From assembly GCA_903893805.1 (NCBI GenBank), contig CAITNM010000026.1:69664-133663 (forward strand): a stretch of DNA of 64,000 nucleotides, given 5' to 3'. This DNA is from an uncultured Alphaproteobacteria bacterium (GTDB taxonomy: Bacteria; Pseudomonadota; Alphaproteobacteria; Paracaedibacterales; CAITNM01). Position numbers and translations under genes: made by a program. The notes beneath the pieces are model-generated. The model made no database searches. It was given only the letters and a program-made list of their open reading frames with translations, and was not told where the DNA came from. Shown piece after piece: positions 7,919 through 16,523 of this stretch (the stretch's first letter is position 1; every line of letters starts with the position of its first letter).

Positions 7919-8641
7919 CTAAAGAGAAAAATTCTCTCCTAAATACACACGCCTAACGTCGGGATGATTAATAATGTGCGCCGAATCACCTTCGGTCAGT
8001 ACTCTACCTTCTGCAATAATGTACGCTCTGTCTACAACGTCTAGAGTTTCACGCACGTTATGATCAGTAATTAGAATTCCAATATTATGATTTTTTAGGC
8101 GCATAATAATGTCTTTAACATCTTGTACAGCAATTGGGTCAATACCTGCTAGTGGCTCATCTAAGAATAAAAAGTCTGGTTTAATCGCAAGAGAACGTGC
8201 AATTTCAACTCTGCGTCTTTCCCCACCCGAAAGTGCTACAGAAGGTGCTTCTCTTAAATGGGTAATGCCAAATTCATCTAGCAACTCTTCCAGTCGTTCT
8301 TGTTGGTGATCAGGGTCTGACTCTACACTTTCAAGAGCTGCGCGAATGTTATCTTCAACATTGAGCCCTCGAAAAATTGAGGCGTCTTGCGGCAAGTAGC
8401 TAATGCCCATTCGTGCACGTTTATACATTGGCATATTGGTAATATCGTTATCATCCAAAAAAATACGCCCAGAATCAGGCATGATTAGGCCTGTGATAAT
8501 TGAAAAACATGTTGTCTTCCCAGCACCGTTTGGACCAAGTAAACCAACTGCTTCACCTGAACTTACAGCAAGGTCAATGCCTTTCAGCACCATGCGCTTT
8601 TGAAAGGTTTTCGTTAATTTTTGAGCTCTTAGGGTTCTTAT
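7919..8641 (-). CDS. lptB: LPS export ABC transporter ATP-binding protein LptB; likely non-canonical ATA start at 8641, with the track ATG at 8593 internal
   Basis: GPNGAGKTT, LSGGERRRVEIAR and LFLDEP. The frame upstream of ATG 8593 reads IRTLRAQKLTKTFQKR, which is the conserved LptB N-terminus. An AGGA lies 9 nt before the ATA. Confidence 0.85.
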   Translation of the reverse strand: MRTLRAQKLTKTFQKRMVLKGIDLAVSSGEAVGLLGPNGAGKTTCFSIITGLIMPDSGRIFLDDNDITNMPMYKRARMGISYLPQDASIFRGLNVEDNIRAALESVESDPDHQQERLEELLDEFGITHLREAPSVALSGGERRRVEIARSLAIKPDFLFLDEPLAGIDPIAVQDVKDIIMRLKNHNIGILITDHNVRETLDVVDRAYIIAEGRVLTEGDSAHIINHPDVRRVYLGENFSL

Positions 8642-8645
8642 GTTC

Positions 8646-9128
8646 TTATTCCTTCTTCTTTGGATACACTATACATGTAACCTGATCTTGCTGACTTGCT
8701 TGCATTGTAAAAACATGAGTCTGAATGTCAAGGGTAGCTTTTGTGCCGTGTAATTCATTATTATCTTGAATGAGGACCACATCATCTCCTGTGCAAACAG
8801 CATGATTGGCATTGAAATCATGTGTGCACTCTGTGGCGTATAGTTTAGTACCATCATAATCAATTTCAACCTGTCCCTGGGCTGTAGCATTTGTTAAGTT
8901 CCCCTTTTCGTCAAAAACAGTATGTAGATCATTCGTCTTTAAGGTCACAGGAGAACCTTTAACTACATAAGACACTTTTACATTGCCGCTTGCATCAGCG
9001 TGCTGATGGGATGTGTCATACTGCATTTGATCAGCATTAATTTTGATATCGTTTGTGGAATCTTTTTTTTGAGGTGCCTCGCCAAAACATATACCAACAA
9101 ATAAGGCTAATATAAAATATTTTTTCAC
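8646..9128 (-). CDS. lptA: LPS transport periplasmic protein LptA (OstA-like)
   Basis: Signal peptide, INADQMQYD...ASGNVKV OstA N-terminal repeats, and a position directly upstream of lptB. Confidence 0.8.
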   Translation of the reverse strand: MKKYFILALFVGICFGEAPQKKDSTNDIKINADQMQYDTSHQHADASGNVKVSYVVKGSPVTLKTNDLHTVFDEKGNLTNATAQGQVEIDYDGTKLYATECTHDFNANHAVCTGDDVVLIQDNNELHGTKATLDIQTHVFTMQASQQDQVTCIVYPKKKE

Positions 9129-9187
9129 AATAACTTAGAAGATCGCGTTCTTTTCACAGTGTACCTGGAAATTTGGGGTTTTCAACT

Positions 9188-9688
9188 CTACTGATCTAAC
9201 TGAAATGAGACAGGAATTTCAAACGATACTTCTTTGCCATTAACATTGAACGTCCACTGCTTCATTGTTTTAAGAAGTTCTTCTTCGAATGGAGCTTTGT
9301 CTCCTTTGATAGTTATTACTTCAATATGCTTAACAGTGCCGGTAGAACTCACTAAAAGCTTCACTGAAAAGCTTCCTTCTTCTCCATTGGCTTTAGCATT
9401 AACAGGATAAGTAGGAGCAGGATTATAAATAACAGACGGCGCAGAAGCAAAATTTTCTGTAGTTACTTGGCTAATAACATGAGCGCTTTTTTTCTGCGCT
9501 CTATTAGCAGAATTTTTTTGAGAAGAAACGTTAACATTTTCACCAATACCTTTAGAGGAAGTTAGTAATCTTACGGAAAAGCTGTGTGATATTTTCTGAT
9601 CTGAGCGCTGCGTATATTGTCCAATAGAAAAAGCAAGCAGACCGTGAATGCAAACTGAACCTATGCACAAGTAACGCATTTTTACCAT
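9188..9688 (-). CDS. TonB-family C-terminal domain protein (energy transducer)
   Basis: N-terminal TM segment. C-terminus PAPTYPVNAKANGEEGSFSVKLLVSSTGTVKHIEV matches the TonB_C fold. The start overlaps or abuts the btuB stop. Confidence 0.7.
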   Translation of the reverse strand: MVKMRYLCIGSVCIHGLLAFSIGQYTQRSDQKISHSFSVRLLTSSKGIGENVNVSSQKNSANRAQKKSAHVISQVTTENFASAPSVIYNPAPTYPVNAKANGEEGSFSVKLLVSSTGTVKHIEVITIKGDKAPFEEELLKTMKQWTFNVNGKEVSFEIPVSFQLDQ

Positions 9689-11493
9689 GTTATGCTTATC
9701 CCCGTGTTAATCTGGAATCCGGGACTCCTGTATCCCGGCGGGCTTTCAATCCTGCGCGCTAAAGCATTTTCAACTGCTACATGCCACGTTGCTTGTTCTT
9801 TAAACTTGTATTGAAAATCACCAAAAAATACAGGGTAGCCACCACGCTTAACCGGTGCATAATTTTCAAAATCAGGCTGAACTTGATGCCCTGTATAACG
9901 CCAACCAACGCTTGTCGTAATGTCTTCTTTTTCATAAAAAATTCTACCATTAGCTGTAACTTTTGGGATATTCATAAGGTTTTTTTTCGGCTTCAAACTA
10001 ACTGATTCAGTATACATACATGATAACTGTGTCCCCCACGGACCAATTTGGTTTTTCCAACCAAGCTCAAAACCCTTTTGGAGAGACTTATTAAGGTTAA
10101 CGTACTTATCGTTTTTGTAATCAATTTGCCGTTTATGTTCAGTTCTAAAAAGAAGAACACTAAATGTACCTGCACTCGTTTTTTGAGCAACGCCTAAATT
10201 GCCACCATAAGCTGTTTCATGTTTCAAACTCTTATTGCCGTACTTTTTATCATTTAACATATATAAATTAGGTAATTGAAATCCTGTACCAATGTGAGCT
10301 GAAAACTCAGTATCAATATGTGTTTTTAACAAACTTGAACTAAATGCATAAACAGGGTTGTAATGATCTGCTTTTTGAACGCGTGCCCAGTTTTTCCACT
10401 TAACCGTATCCTTATCTAAATGAATTCCTTGTGCAAAGGCATATTCTTTATTCTTTGTTTGTTTTGCCCCTGTAAAATCAAGTGTATTGTTATGATATTC
10501 CGCAACGGGTTCAAAAACTACTGAATCGTTTTTTATCTTAATTCCAAATTTTGCCTTACCACTACAACTCCGACCGGTGCCATTACTGCCTATATAAGGA
10601 GAAAAATCTTGAGAAATACCTATAGTACTTAAACCCTTTAAGTAAGGCTGTATACGTTCATCTTTCCCTTCTAAATCAAGCTCATAAATCTGCAGCGTTC
10701 TTTTTGATCTAGAATCATATGGACTTACTCGAGATATATCACTTCCTGTGGAGGCTGATTTAATTAACCCCATTTGCAATGTTGCTTTGACATGATGGCT
10801 ATCAAAACTCAGTCGATTTAAAAAATAACGCTTCTCTGTCTCAGGACTTTTTGCAGTTGGGTATTTAGCTTGGTAACGTTTTGGTATGGAATTATTTCCG
10901 TGAAAGGTGTCACCTTCTATATGTTGCTGCAGAAAAAAACCATCCTGAGATTTTTGACGCCACCATAAATGACCAGATTTAGCACAATTGCCCGCACTTA
11001 ATTTCAAGCCTCCGCTCTGACCATCCGGCATAGAAAATGGAATAACATTAACCACACCACCAATAGCTCCGTTGCCATATTCAGCGCAGTGTATGCCTTT
11101 TACAACTTCAACCTTTCCTGTTGAAAGCGGAATAAGGGCAGCATCTGTTTCTGTTTCACTAATGCTAAGACCTGACCAAAGCATTTTAGTGTATTTTGAA
11201 GTTGACCCTTGAATGCTTATGGTAGTTAGTTGCCCAGGGTTGCCATTTGTTGTGGTTGTGACGCCCGGAATATTTTTTAGTTGTTGCTCTTCAAATCCAG
11301 GAGTTGTTACGCGATTAGTGGCTAACGATTCAATAAATTGCCATGCTGAAGGAGGCAGTTCTTTCTTTGCTTTCACAACAATAGGCTCCAACACCACGGT
11401 TGATGCATGCAATGATGCTACAAAAATAATGCATAAAAATAAGCGCAATGAATTGGCCTCCACAGGTTCGCACAATATAAGCGCGTCACCCAT
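9682..11493 (-). CDS. btuB: TonB-dependent outer-membrane receptor, vitamin B12 transporter BtuB-like
   Basis: TonB box/plug (VVLEPIVVKA...GVTTTTNG...ISIQG), C-terminal ...GISITW, and a cobalamin riboswitch immediately upstream. Confidence 0.85.
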   Translation of the reverse strand: MGDALILCEPVEANSLRLFLCIIFVASLHASTVVLEPIVVKAKKELPPSAWQFIESLATNRVTTPGFEEQQLKNIPGVTTTTNGNPGQLTTISIQGSTSKYTKMLWSGLSISETETDAALIPLSTGKVEVVKGIHCAEYGNGAIGGVVNVIPFSMPDGQSGGLKLSAGNCAKSGHLWWRQKSQDGFFLQQHIEGDTFHGNNSIPKRYQAKYPTAKSPETEKRYFLNRLSFDSHHVKATLQMGLIKSASTGSDISRVSPYDSRSKRTLQIYELDLEGKDERIQPYLKGLSTIGISQDFSPYIGSNGTGRSCSGKAKFGIKIKNDSVVFEPVAEYHNNTLDFTGAKQTKNKEYAFAQGIHLDKDTVKWKNWARVQKADHYNPVYAFSSSLLKTHIDTEFSAHIGTGFQLPNLYMLNDKKYGNKSLKHETAYGGNLGVAQKTSAGTFSVLLFRTEHKRQIDYKNDKYVNLNKSLQKGFELGWKNQIGPWGTQLSCMYTESVSLKPKKNLMNIPKVTANGRIFYEKEDITTSVGWRYTGHQVQPDFENYAPVKRGGYPVFFGDFQYKFKEQATWHVAVENALARRIESPPGYRSPGFQINTGISITW

Positions 11494-11524
11494 GGGCTAC
11501 CCTTCTGATCTCTCCCCGAAATCT

Positions 11525-11685
11525 AGAAAAAGTGACACTCTTTTTGCCGGTCTCCTGGCTGGTTGTTCATAGCGACATTTTGACCTTCCCAGATTTCTCT
11601 AGTGGCCCAAAATAAAATGCGCTCCCAACGTACAGTTGCGGGGGCAGCTTCGGATTTTAACCGAATTCCCGAACACAAAAAGTTC
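11525..11685 (-). promoter_or_regulatory. Cobalamin (B12) riboswitch in the btuB leader
   Basis: The minus strand reads GGGAATTCGGTTAAAATCCGAAGCTGCCCCCGCAACTGTA ... GCCACTAGAGAAATCTGGGAAGG ... B12 box AGCCAGGAGACCGGC (11560-11546). This matches the RF00174 core by eye. Confidence 0.9.
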
Positions 11686-11689
11686 TTCA

Positions 11690-11718
11690 ATTTTATATAG
11701 AAAAAAAGTGACCGTCAA
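11690..11718 (-). promoter_or_regulatory. Sigma-70-type promoter for the riboswitch-btuB transcript
   Basis: Minus strand TTGACG (11718-11713), 17 nt, then TAAAAT (11695-11690). The -35 box lies inside the preceding terminator hairpin. Confidence 0.6.
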
Positions 11719-11726
11719 ACGATCAC
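11701..11726 (-). terminator. Rho-independent terminator ending the upstream minus-strand unit
   Basis: Minus strand GTGATCG-TTTGA-CGGTCAC followed by TTTTTTT (A-run 11701-11707 on the plus strand). Confidence 0.75.
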
Positions 11727-11752
11727 TTTTGTAATTTTAGAAGTATGAAGTT

Positions 11753-11932
11753 CTATCCTAGTTCAATCATTTTTGCAAAAGAAAGCAGCTCAGCTAAACA
11801 TGTAAAGCCAGATGAATAAGGTCCTTTATTTAATACAACATCATCAGCAATCACACCTAGGTCATTCAGGTAAGAAACCGCTAAAACTAATTGAAGAGTG
11901 ACTGGAAAGAAGTGGCCGCTAGCACGGATCAA
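11753..11932 (-). other. Unlisted 59-codon ORF (TTG start), possibly the frameshifted 3' part of 11919..12422
   Basis: Hand translation gives (L)IRASGHFFPVTLQLVLAVSYLNDLGVIADDVVLNKGPYSSGFTCLAELLSFAKMIELG*. It overlaps the end of the 167-aa ORF by 14 nt in another frame and runs to the terminator. Confidence 0.3.
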
Positions 11933-12422
11933 TTTCTGAAATTTTACCGTTCTTCACTTTCATATGGCCTGCACAAGCAACAGGAAGAGCAAAACGAAAA
12001 CCATCCCTTCGAAAAAAAAGATCATGACTCAGTTCTGCAAGGCCATAATAGCTTTTTCTAGCAGCAATACAAAGTTGTCCATAAGCATTTAAAGCATAAA
12101 TACTATAATCAGCATCCAAGATTTCTCCACCTTGATAAATTGCCCCTCGCTCAATCGTTACTAAAGAAGAAACGAACAAACTAGGTTGACTGAAATCAGT
12201 AGATGCGCCTGAACGACCAATAATAAAAGGGTTACAAATCCTGAACCGAAAACAACTTACTTCTCTGCACAAATTTTCAAGAATGGCAGAATTTTCTGGA
12301 TCTAAAAATTCAGCATCAACTTTCAACTTAATTGTAACAGGCCTTGCTTCAGGAAGACTCACAAAATGTTCATGGTCAATGTCTACGCCTGAATATACTT
12401 GTGAAACACACAACACAATCAA
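11919..12422 (-). CDS. Hypothetical protein (167 aa), possibly a decaying gene
   Basis: TTG start, no clear SD, no recognisable motif. See the adjacent overlapping ORF. Confidence 0.4.
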   Translation of the reverse strand: MIVLCVSQVYSGVDIDHEHFVSLPEARPVTIKLKVDAEFLDPENSAILENLCREVSCFRFRICNPFIIGRSGASTDFSQPSLFVSSLVTIERGAIYQGGEILDADYSIYALNAYGQLCIAARKSYYGLAELSHDLFFRRDGFRFALPVACAGHMKVKNGKISEIDPC

Positions 12423-12518
12423 TGTAAATAAATTAATTAATTTTATATTTAAAATTCCTGATTGTATTTTGAATAACTTTTATATAGTAATTATATTGGA
12501 AAAATAAAGAAGGAATAC

Positions 12519-13703
12519 TCAACAATATTGCCCAGCAACATAACCTGATGACCAAGCCCATTGAAAATTATATCCACCAAGCCACCCGGTAACATCGACA
12601 ACTTCGCCAATGAAGAATAATCCAGGAACTTTTTTGCTTTCCATGGTTTTGGATGATAATTCGTCAGTATCAACTCCGCCCACAGTAACCTCAGCTTTTT
12701 GGTAACCTTCACTGCCATTAATAGTGATTTTGAATTGATGAATATCATTTGCCATATCAAACAACGTAGTATTTTTAAGGTCAGTAATTGCGCGTCCATA
12801 ATCAGAGTGAGTAGCCATAACTTCTACAAAGCGATTCGCAAAATAGTTCTTCAAAAAATTAGCAACGGTTTGCTTGCTATTTTTATGGGCAACAAATTCT
12901 TGCTTCAAATCAACATCGGGCAATAGGTTAATTACAATTTCTTCCATAGAAAATTTTTCCATATAAGACGAAATCTCTAATATTGCTGGACCGCTTAACC
13001 CACGGTGAGTAAATAATATATTCTCACGAAATTGCACGTCTTTATAAGAAACAACTGAGTTTTGTGAAACACCACTAAGCTGTGCAAATGTAGGAAGAGT
13101 TGATGCTTCAACTTTTAATGGCACCAAAGCCGGTTGTGTGGCCAACACTTTAATGCCAAATTGTCGTGCGATTTGGTAGCCAAAATCAGAAGCACCAATT
13201 TGCGGAATTGATAATCCACCAGTTGCAATAATTACAGACGCGGCATGAATTACGCCTTCTGTGGTTGTGAGCACAAATTGATCATGCTTTTCAATTGCTA
13301 TAACTGTACAATTAAGACGAACATCAACTTGCCCTTGCTGACATTCATCCAGCAGCATGTTAACAATTTGTTTGGATGATCCATCACAAAATAATTGCCC
13401 TAATGTCTTTTCGTGATATGCAATATTGTACGATTCAACTAGGTTTATAAAATCATGCTGGGTGTACCTGGCTAATGCTGATTTTGCAAAATGCTTGTTT
13501 GTGCAAATGTAGTTTTTAGGCGATGCAAAAAGATTGGTAAAGTTGCTGCGCCCACCGCCAGAAATACGAATTTTCTCACCAACTTTAGATGTGTGCTCAA
13601 TAAGCATAACGCGTCGACCACGCTTACCTGCAATTGCAGCTGCCATAAGTCCAGCCGCACCAGCGCCAATGACAATAACATCTTGTTTTGAAATATTACT
13701 CAA
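12519..13703 (-). CDS. NAD(P)/FAD-dependent oxidoreductase, HI0933/YhiN (BaiN-like) family
   Basis: VIVIGAGAAGLMAA...RISGGGRSNFTN at the N-terminus and GGYNFQWAWSSG at the C-terminus. The TTG start overlaps the upstream stop. Confidence 0.85.
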   Translation of the reverse strand: MSNISKQDVIVIGAGAAGLMAAAIAGKRGRRVMLIEHTSKVGEKIRISGGGRSNFTNLFASPKNYICTNKHFAKSALARYTQHDFINLVESYNIAYHEKTLGQLFCDGSSKQIVNMLLDECQQGQVDVRLNCTVIAIEKHDQFVLTTTEGVIHAASVIIATGGLSIPQIGASDFGYQIARQFGIKVLATQPALVPLKVEASTLPTFAQLSGVSQNSVVSYKDVQFRENILFTHRGLSGPAILEISSYMEKFSMEEIVINLLPDVDLKQEFVAHKNSKQTVANFLKNYFANRFVEVMATHSDYGRAITDLKNTTLFDMANDIHQFKITINGSEGYQKAEVTVGGVDTDELSSKTMESKKVPGLFFIGEVVDVTGWLGGYNFQWAWSSGYVAGQYC

Positions 13704-14347
13704 GCTGCCACATCTGAATCAATTAAATATTTGCCTTTCAGGTAGAGCTGTTTATTAATTTGACGTAACCGTAGTTCAATGTGCCCTGAATTAAATTCTT
13801 TAACTTTCATGCCCTTAGTGGCTTTTGCAACTTCGCTTAAAAATGCTTCTTTTTGCATATTGTTATCTTTAGCTTCTAGTTCAAGGAATGTTCCAAAATC
13901 TACAAACTCATCTACGGCAATAACAAATAAATCATCTTCATAAGTTGTGCGTTTTTTGTCCAAAATTAAAAGGGTTTTTAGGTTATTTGTCTTTAAAAAT
14001 TCATCGTAAGTATAAGGTTCTGGACACTTAATAGAAATCATTTTTTCCAAGGTTTCAAATACGTGCGTTGATGAAAATTCAAAAGGCAAAGCCACATTAT
14101 ATTCATGGCACGTTATATGCTCATTCACATTATTTGCGCCCAAGTGATCTGGGTTAAATTTAAAATCCAGTGATTTTCCGTTGCGTAACCTTATGAAAAT
14201 TCCGTCTTGATAAAACAACCCATCAGAAGTATCCAGATATTCATCAACAACTCGTTTTGATGAAATAAACTCTTTGTTTTTTAAAAAATCATTCAAATCA
14301 CTAGGCATTACTTGAAATTTTTTTTCCATTTCGATTGGATTAGTCAT
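13700..14347 (-). CDS. CYTH-domain protein (class IV adenylate cyclase / triphosphatase-like)
   Basis: N-terminal IEMEKKF (ExExK signature) and VDEFVDFGTFLELEA near the C-terminus. Confidence 0.65.
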   Translation of the reverse strand: MTNPIEMEKKFQVMPSDLNDFLKNKEFISSKRVVDEYLDTSDGLFYQDGIFIRLRNGKSLDFKFNPDHLGANNVNEHITCHEYNVALPFEFSSTHVFETLEKMISIKCPEPYTYDEFLKTNNLKTLLILDKKRTTYEDDLFVIAVDEFVDFGTFLELEAKDNNMQKEAFLSEVAKATKGMKVKEFNSGHIELRLRQINKQLYLKGKYLIDSDVAA

Positions 14348-14363
14348 GCATGCTTTCCGCTAT

Positions 14364-14390
14364 AAAAAAAGCAGCTGAAAACTCAGCTGC
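14364..14390 (-). terminator. Rho-independent terminator after the rhodanese gene
   Basis: Minus strand GCAGCTGAGTTTTCAGCTGC followed by TTTTTTT. Confidence 0.8.
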
Positions 14391-14413
14391 CTTCGAAGTA
14401 TTTTTAATCTAGT

Positions 14414-14923
14414 TTATGCTTTAGTTTTGTCAGAGTCAGTCGGCTTATTATTTTCAGTCCACTCTTTAATGCCGCCAGAATAGTGAGCAATATTGGTATA
14501 TCCTAAACCAACAAGACGGTCAGCTAAAGTCATGCTTGCAGGACAACTTACGCTTCCACAATACACAAGAATTTCAGCTGCTTTATTTTTTAATTTAGCC
14601 TTAATATCTTTATCGTCAGCGTTCGCTGCAAGGAAAATAGCTCCTTTAATAGCTTCGTCACCACCACCACGTGCATCAACAATGATTGCTTTTCCAAGTA
14701 ATGCTTCAACTTCATCAATATTTTTTTCTGCAATCACAACTGGTGTTGCTGGTTTTGCATCATCTTTCGCATGCTTTTCTACATGCTTTTTTGCATTATT
14801 AGTTTCTTTAGTGTCTGTTTTAGTTGTTTCTGTTGCTGAAAGATCAGCACCTAAAATCGCTACTACAGCTAGACTAACGGCTGAAAGCAAACGAATCATC
14901 ATGGTACTCATAAAATTCCTCAA
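14414..14923 (-). CDS. Exported rhodanese-domain protein
   Basis: Signal peptide; IVDARGG...LVYCGSVSCPAS...GGIKEW rhodanese fold with an active-site Cys loop. Confidence 0.75.
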   Translation of the reverse strand: MRNFMSTMMIRLLSAVSLAVVAILGADLSATETTKTDTKETNNAKKHVEKHAKDDAKPATPVVIAEKNIDEVEALLGKAIIVDARGGGDEAIKGAIFLAANADDKDIKAKLKNKAAEILVYCGSVSCPASMTLADRLVGLGYTNIAHYSGGIKEWTENNKPTDSDKTKA

Positions 14924-15011
14924 GGCTAAGTGTTTGATTCATTAGCATTAAAGGGCAAAAATAGGCTAAAATCAAGCTGTCAGAAATTGGAAATTTGCAG
15001 GCTGTTCTTTA

Positions 15012-16523
15012 GTGGATCGTAAAGTTGTGTTGTGTATTCTTGATGGGTGGGGAATAGGGCCGGAAGATGCTTACAATGGTATTAAAGCCGCAACCTATTG
15101 GCCAACACTTTTAGAACAATACCCTAACACTCAATTGCAAGCTTCCGATCATTATGTGGGTTTGCCAGACGGGCAAATGGGCAATAGTGAAGTTGGGCAC
15201 ATGACTATAGGTCTTGGTCGAGTGCTGATGCAAGATTTGCCAAAAATTGATCAAGCCATAGCTAGCGGTGAACTCAAAACAAATGAAAAAGTTTTACAAG
15301 CAATAGAGCAACTTAAAAAAACGCAACGCCCTTGCCACCTTATGGGGTTGCTATCACCTGGTGGTGTGCATTCACACATGAATCATATAATTGAAGTCGC
15401 CAAGCTTTTAAGTGATGCTGGAATTACTGTTCACGTGCACGGATTTTTAGACGGGCGTGATACACCACCTAAAAGCGCTGCGAGTTATGTGGGTGAATTT
15501 TTAAACGCAATTGAAGAACATTCAAATATTCATTTAAGCACTTTGGGAGGGCGTTATTTTGCTATGGACAGAGACAACCGTTGGGAAAGAATTGAAGTTG
15601 CTTACAACGCAATAGTGCAAGCAAAGGCACCTAAGTTTTCAAATGCTATTCAGGCTATTAATGATTCTTATGAAGGCAGTATTACAGACGAATTTGTTCT
15701 TCCAATAATTAGTGAAAATTACACAGGAATGCAAAATGGTGATGGGCTCTGGATGATTAACTTTAGGTCAGATCGGGTTCGGCAACTTTTACGTAGCCTT
15801 TTGGTTCAAGAATTTTGTCAGTTTGGCCGTGATAAAAATATTGATTTTGGGCCCACTTTGGCGATGAATGAATATGCACAAGACCTTAATTTACTGATCC
15901 CGTCCGTATTCTCAAAAGATATTATTCAGCAAAGCTTGGGAGAAATTGTTGCAAGCCATGGACTGAAGCAGCTACGCGTAGCAGAAACTGAAAAATATGC
16001 GCATGTTACTTTTTTCTTAAATGGCGGTCGTGAAAAATCTTTTCAAAATGAAGAAAGGATCATGATTCCTTCACCCAAAGTTGCCACTTATGATTTACAG
16101 CCAGAAATGTCAGCAGCTGAAGTGACATTAACCGTTGTCCAAGCAATGGAGCGCAATGATCTTAGTCTTATTGTGGTGAATTATGCCAACACTGACATGG
16201 TCGGGCACACTGGTGTTATTGATGCAATTTATAAAGCTGTAGACTGTGTTGACGCTTGCGTAAAAACTTTAGAACAAAAAGCCATAGAACATAATTGGAC
16301 TCTTCTAATAACAGCCGATCATGGAAATGTAGAGTGCATGCGAGAAAAAGATCATTCGACACCTCATACCGCACACACTTGTAATCCTGTACCGTTTGTA
16401 TTGGTAAATGGTGATGCTAAGCATTTAAATGCGGGCTCTCTTGCTGATATTGCGCCAACAGTTTTAAGCGTAATGGGGATTGCTCAACCAAAAGAAATGA
16501 CAGGTAAATCTCTGCTGTGTTGA
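15012..16523 (+). CDS. gpmI: 2,3-bisphosphoglycerate-independent phosphoglycerate mutase
   Basis: GTG start. ILDGWG, NSEVGHMTIG, DGRDTPP and ITADHGN motifs. Confidence 0.95.
   Translation: MDRKVVLCILDGWGIGPEDAYNGIKAATYWPTLLEQYPNTQLQASDHYVGLPDGQMGNSEVGHMTIGLGRVLMQDLPKIDQAIASGELKTNEKVLQAIEQLKKTQRPCHLMGLLSPGGVHSHMNHIIEVAKLLSDAGITVHVHGFLDGRDTPPKSAASYVGEFLNAIEEHSNIHLSTLGGRYFAMDRDNRWERIEVAYNAIVQAKAPKFSNAIQAINDSYEGSITDEFVLPIISENYTGMQNGDGLWMINFRSDRVRQLLRSLLVQEFCQFGRDKNIDFGPTLAMNEYAQDLNLLIPSVFSKDIIQQSLGEIVASHGLKQLRVAETEKYAHVTFFLNGGREKSFQNEERIMIPSPKVATYDLQPEMSAAEVTLTVVQAMERNDLSLIVVNYANTDMVGHTGVIDAIYKAVDCVDACVKTLEQKAIEHNWTLLITADHGNVECMREKDHSTPHTAHTCNPVPFVLVNGDAKHLNAGSLADIAPTVLSVMGIAQPKEMTGKSLLC

Noticed and set aside
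11213-11572. 119-aa plus-strand ORF spanning the btuB 5' end and the riboswitch
   Set aside because: It overlaps a strongly supported riboswitch plus btuB on the other strand and has no coding features of its own.
14493-14945. 150-aa ORF antisense to the rhodanese gene
   Set aside because: It is fully nested antisense to a gene with clear domain motifs and a signal peptide. The translation is low-complexity and Ser/Ala-rich with no motif.
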